From contig JAVYMF010000002.1 of assembly GCA_038736665.1 (NCBI GenBank), forward strand, positions 1 through 36,028: a stretch of 36,028 nt of DNA, read 5' to 3'. This document shows positions 33,695 to 36,028 of the stretch, piece by piece; the stretch's first letter is position 1, and each line of letters begins with the position of its first letter. Position numbers and translations under genes: made by a program. The notes beneath the pieces are model-generated. The model had not been told where the DNA came from. It made no database searches and saw only the letters and a list, made by a program, of their open reading frames with translations. The DNA comes from an archaeon. Lineage in GTDB: Archaea > B1Sed10-29 > JAJRYS01.

Positions 33695-34075
33695 TTACGA
33701 CGTCACGCTGAGCTTCACCCTGCTTACATCAGAACAGGTTATGTTTGCGATTATTTTCCCGCTGAAAAACTTTTTCTCGCCTTCACCAAGCGAGCCGATG
33801 GGGATGATTGTTTCCGCAGCAGGGACCCCACTTATTTCAATCACTTCTGCTTTCACAATTACGACTTTTGCTGCCCCGCCGGTGTTCGTGACTGACGCGT
33901 TGAATTCTAGCCGGCACTTGTTGTCAGGCATGGTGCTTTTTATTCCTGTCTGCTCTGAGAACTCGAACTTTGGTTTTTCATTGATATCCGGAAGCTGGAT
34001 TTTCACGAACGAGCCAATTACAACTATTACTATGAGCGCCGCCATCAAAATGAGTATTTTCTCATATTGCTTCAT
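33695..34075 (-). CDS. Membrane-anchored Ig-like (CARDB/FxLYD-like) small protein
   Basis: N-terminal TM, VTNTGG and LGEGEKK beta-sandwich motifs, two Cys; ATG 34075. Confidence 0.6.
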   Translation of the reverse strand: MKQYEKILILMAALIVIVVIGSFVKIQLPDINEKPKFEFSEQTGIKSTMPDNKCRLEFNASVTNTGGAAKVVIVKAEVIEISGVPAAETIIPIGSLGEGEKKFFSGKIIANITCSDVSRVKLSVTS

Positions 34076-34109
34076 GAGAGAGTAATACGAAAGGAAGGTA
34101 TAAAAAGCA

Positions 34110-35051
34110 TTACCACTCGACTTCATCCGTGCGCCAGCGCGGCCTTATATCCAAAGAGGTTTTAGGCTTTTTCTGCGCGAGCACGCCCGTCCAAGCTATC
34201 ATAAGTCCGTTGTCTCCGCACACGCTAGCTTCTGGCACAAAGAAATCCGCGCCGTGCGTTTCAGCCATTTCTTTCATCATTTTCTGCAGGCGCTTGCTTT
34301 GGGCTACCCCCCCGCTTAGCATCACTTCTTTTTTTTCCGTGTGAGCTAGGGCGCGTTCAGTGACTTCAGTGAGCATAGAATAAACGGTTTCCTGAAAGGA
34401 GTAGCACAGGTCTTCTTTGAGTGCGTTTTGCTTCAGCGCGGAAGTGACAATACCTGAGAACGTCAAATCCATGCCTTTCACAGTATACGGGAGTTCGACG
34501 TATTTTTTTCCGTTGAGCGCGAGAGCTTCTACTTTCGGACCGCCAGGCATTTCCAGGCCTATGCCGCGCGCGAACTTGTCAATCGCGTTCCCGATCCCTA
34601 TGTCTAGGGTCTCCCCGTACACCCTATACCTGCCGTTCTCATATCCTGCGATTTGAGTGTTCCCTCCTGAGACGTACACATTCAGAGGATCCTCCATTTT
34701 CCCGAGAAGCCTGCCTATTTCAATGTGGGCAACGCAGTGGTTCACGCTTATTAACGGCTTGCCCAGCGTTTTGGCGAACCTCAAGCCGGCTGATAAGCAA
34801 GGCGGAAGCCCAGGTCCCGTGGAGACAGCAACCAAGTCAACTTCCTGCATTTTGACGCCGGCCTTTTCCAGGGCTTTCTGCAGGACTTCAGGCGCTACTT
34901 TCGTGTGATGCTTCGCCGACTCGGCAGGAATTATGCCATACCCCTCAGGCGCTTTGTAAATGTCGCGTTCGTTCGCGTAAAAGCGCCCGCTGTCGTCTAT
35001 TATCCCCACCCCGAAAGTGTGGGCGGTCGTTTCAATTCCTAAGCATATCAT
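34110..35051 (-). CDS. kae1: tRNA N6-adenosine threonylcarbamoyltransferase Kae1
   Basis: LGIETTAHT, GPGLPPCL, NHCVAHIE, VSGGNT, GETLDIGIGN, DNGLMIA, WRTDEV. Confidence 0.97.
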   Translation of the reverse strand: MICLGIETTAHTFGVGIIDDSGRFYANERDIYKAPEGYGIIPAESAKHHTKVAPEVLQKALEKAGVKMQEVDLVAVSTGPGLPPCLSAGLRFAKTLGKPLISVNHCVAHIEIGRLLGKMEDPLNVYVSGGNTQIAGYENGRYRVYGETLDIGIGNAIDKFARGIGLEMPGGPKVEALALNGKKYVELPYTVKGMDLTFSGIVTSALKQNALKEDLCYSFQETVYSMLTEVTERALAHTEKKEVMLSGGVAQSKRLQKMMKEMAETHGADFFVPEASVCGDNGLMIAWTGVLAQKKPKTSLDIRPRWRTDEVEW

Positions 35052-35055
35052 TTTT

Positions 35056-35571
35056 TCACGCTGAGAAAATGAGCATTACAAGCACGAGGTTGTATGCCAA
35101 GTGAGCTGTTGACGGGACTATTAGGTTTTTCGAGCGACTGTAAGCCACGCCGAGCACGGCTCCCAAGAAGAAAGCCCCAATCATTTCGGCTATTGAGCCG
35201 TATATTATGTGGAAGTAAGCGAAAATGAAAGAGGCGAAAATGATGTTTGTTTTGCGCTGCAGGTAACCCCTGAAAAAAATTTCTTCAACTATTGAGCCCA
35301 TGACCACCACGGCGAGTATTTGAAACGCGCCCGCGCTTTTGATTGTCTCGGGCACCTTTGCGACGTCGCTTTCCATCCCGAGAGAATAAAAAAAAGCACC
35401 TATTGCAGCTGATATTACAAGCATGGCGCCGGCGTAAAGCACGCCGGTGGCCAGCGCTTTTTGCATGTTTGTTTCGGCGAACCCCAACTTTTGCGTTATG
35501 TTTTTCGTGCTTTTCTGGCTTAGCAGCACCGCTGCGAGCATGAGAGCGTACAGCATGATTGACGCGTACAT
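35056..35571 (-). CDS. CPBP family intramembrane glutamic endopeptidase
   Basis: EEIFFRG, FAYFH, AHLAYN motifs; multiple TMs. Confidence 0.88.
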   Translation of the reverse strand: MYASIMLYALMLAAVLLSQKSTKNITQKLGFAETNMQKALATGVLYAGAMLVISAAIGAFFYSLGMESDVAKVPETIKSAGAFQILAVVVMGSIVEEIFFRGYLQRKTNIIFASFIFAYFHIIYGSIAEMIGAFFLGAVLGVAYSRSKNLIVPSTAHLAYNLVLVMLIFSA

Positions 35572-35718
35572 TTATTTTTTCCACCTTGTGTAACCGCATT
35601 TTCCGCAGTGGAACCTGTTTTCGTGTTCTGCCATGAGCACGCCTTCTCCGCATTTCGGGCATGACTGGTTTTTCCTTCGCACTTTTCCGTCCTTAACTTC
35701 GTATGACTTGCTGGTCAT
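35572..35718 (-). CDS. rps27ae: 30S ribosomal protein S27ae (eS31)
   Basis: Not in the ORF track. MTSKSYEVKDGKVRRKNQSCPKCGEGVLMAEHENRFHCGKCGYTRWKK. Confidence 0.96.
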   Translation of the reverse strand: MTSKSYEVKDGKVRRKNQSCPKCGEGVLMAEHENRFHCGKCGYTRWKK

Positions 35719-35722
35719 TCAA

Positions 35723-36028
35723 TCACTCTTCTTTTATTTCTTTTTTTGCTTCTGCAGCCGCTTTTTTTTCTTCTTTCGTGGGCTTCGTTTCTCCTGCTAT
35801 TTCAGCAATGCCTGTTGTTTCCACGCCAGATTTTTTAAGCTTCGGCTTTGTCTCATATTTCTTCTTCTCGTCCGGGCTCTTGTAAACTTTTACGTAGCAC
35901 ACGGACTCGCGCTTGCCGTATTCCTGGTTTATCTTGTCCAGGAGTATGTTTTCTTCCGGGGTCTGCAGCTCGCCTGCGAGCGCTTTTGTTATCTCTTTCC
36001 TGTCAGGGGTTGCGCCGTAATCCCTTAC
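35723..36028 (-). CDS. rps24e: 30S ribosomal protein S24e, partial (5' end beyond the window)
   Basis: VRDYGATPDRKEI...INQEYGKRESVCYVKVY...YE with a K/E/A-rich tail; directly upstream of rps27ae. Confidence 0.9.
   Translation of the reverse strand, partial: VRDYGATPDRKEITKALAGELQTPEENILLDKINQEYGKRESVCYVKVYKSPDEKKKYETKPKLKKSGVETTGIAEIAGETKPTKEEKKAAAEAKKEIKEE

Overview
Compact, gene-dense archaeal chromosome segment; the gene set and the SepF, SecF and DP2 sequences suggest a DPANN lineage (Micrarchaeota/Diapherotrites-like, an inference). It is mostly core information-processing genes: asnS, tRNA-Asn, aCPSF1/FttA, psmB, FKBP, NAC, AlaX, cdc6, sepF, a solo Cas4-like nuclease, PolD (DP2 and DP1 with endonuclease IV between them), tyrS, NOG1 GTPase, tgtA, trmI, secF/secD, a KaiC-like ATPase, tRNA-Gln, eS1, uS15, Bud32, Kae1, eS31 and eS24. 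No CRISPR array, transposase or integrase was seen. Main oddities: (1) a stand-alone protein resembling only the C-terminal anticodon-binding domain of phosphoseryl-tRNA synthetase (SepRS), divergent from asnS; (2) an exact duplicate of the 5' end of tRNA-Gln with its own TATA-like box, able to fold into a new hairpin; (3) an in-frame TAA in the DP1 N-terminus; (4) two small two-TM proteins with strong SD sequences, leader hairpins and atypical starts; (5) trmI and secF start codons abutting with a 0-bp gap; (6) a KaiC-like ATPase with degenerate catalytic motifs; (7) a candidate structured uS15 leader. All family calls come from motif recognition by eye, not database searches.
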